Below are positions 22,635 through 22,748 of a stretch of DNA of 22,748 bases, piece by piece (the first letter of the stretch is position 1; the number at the start of each line of letters is the position of its first letter). The DNA is from Chiloscyllium plagiosum (taxonomy: Eukaryota), in NCBI RefSeq assembly GCF_004010195.1, contig NC_057718.1:32868203-32890950 (forward strand). The letters run 5' to 3'. The notes beneath the pieces were generated by a model. The model had not been told where the DNA came from, searched no databases, and was given only the letters and a program-made list of their open reading frames with translations. The position numbers and the translations under genes were made by a program.

Positions 22635-22748
22635 AGGAGAAAGTGAGGACTGCAGATGCTGGAGATCAGAGCTGAAAATGTGTTGCTGGAAAAGCGCAGG
22701 TCAGGCAGCATCCAAGGAACAGGAGAATCAACGTTTCGGGCATAAGCC
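22635..22748 (-). mobile_element. Penelope-like pseudo-LTR 3' end with half of a hammerhead (cut by the window edge)
   Basis: Minus strand reads GGCTTATGCCC-GAAACGTT-GATTCTCCTG...CTCCAGCATCTGCAGTCCTCACTTTCTCCT. Confidence 0.8.

Noticed and set aside
1..22748. CRISPR arrays, operons, prokaryotic defence or retron systems
   Set aside because: No repeat-spacer arrays and no intact genes; all RT sequences belong to vertebrate retrotransposons.

Overview
Eukaryotic, repeat-dominated window, most likely from a cartilaginous fish (shark): it carries an HE1-type V-SINE, HER1/CR1 LINEs and a SacSINE1-like Deu-SINE. No intact protein-coding gene is evident, and nearly all ORFs in the track are pieces or antisense shadows of decayed retroelements. 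Contents: several CR1 copies (one with a zinc-finger/SGNH-esterase ORF1), a Rex1/Babar LINE, two tandem Tx1-clade 3' ends, four Penelope-like (PLE) fragments, two LTR-like pieces, a fossil PIF/Harbinger transposase not captured by the ORF track, and two N gaps. Most notable: a minimal type-I hammerhead ribozyme motif (21111-21150) in a PLE fragment flanked by a ~90-bp duplication; hammerhead remnants in two other PLE fragments, all three in or abutting CR1 ORF2; a three-level SINE-in-LINE-in-SINE nest; and low-confidence host exon candidates at 4.9-6.3 kb. Family assignments rest on motif recognition, not database searches. I found no well-supported novel system beyond these.
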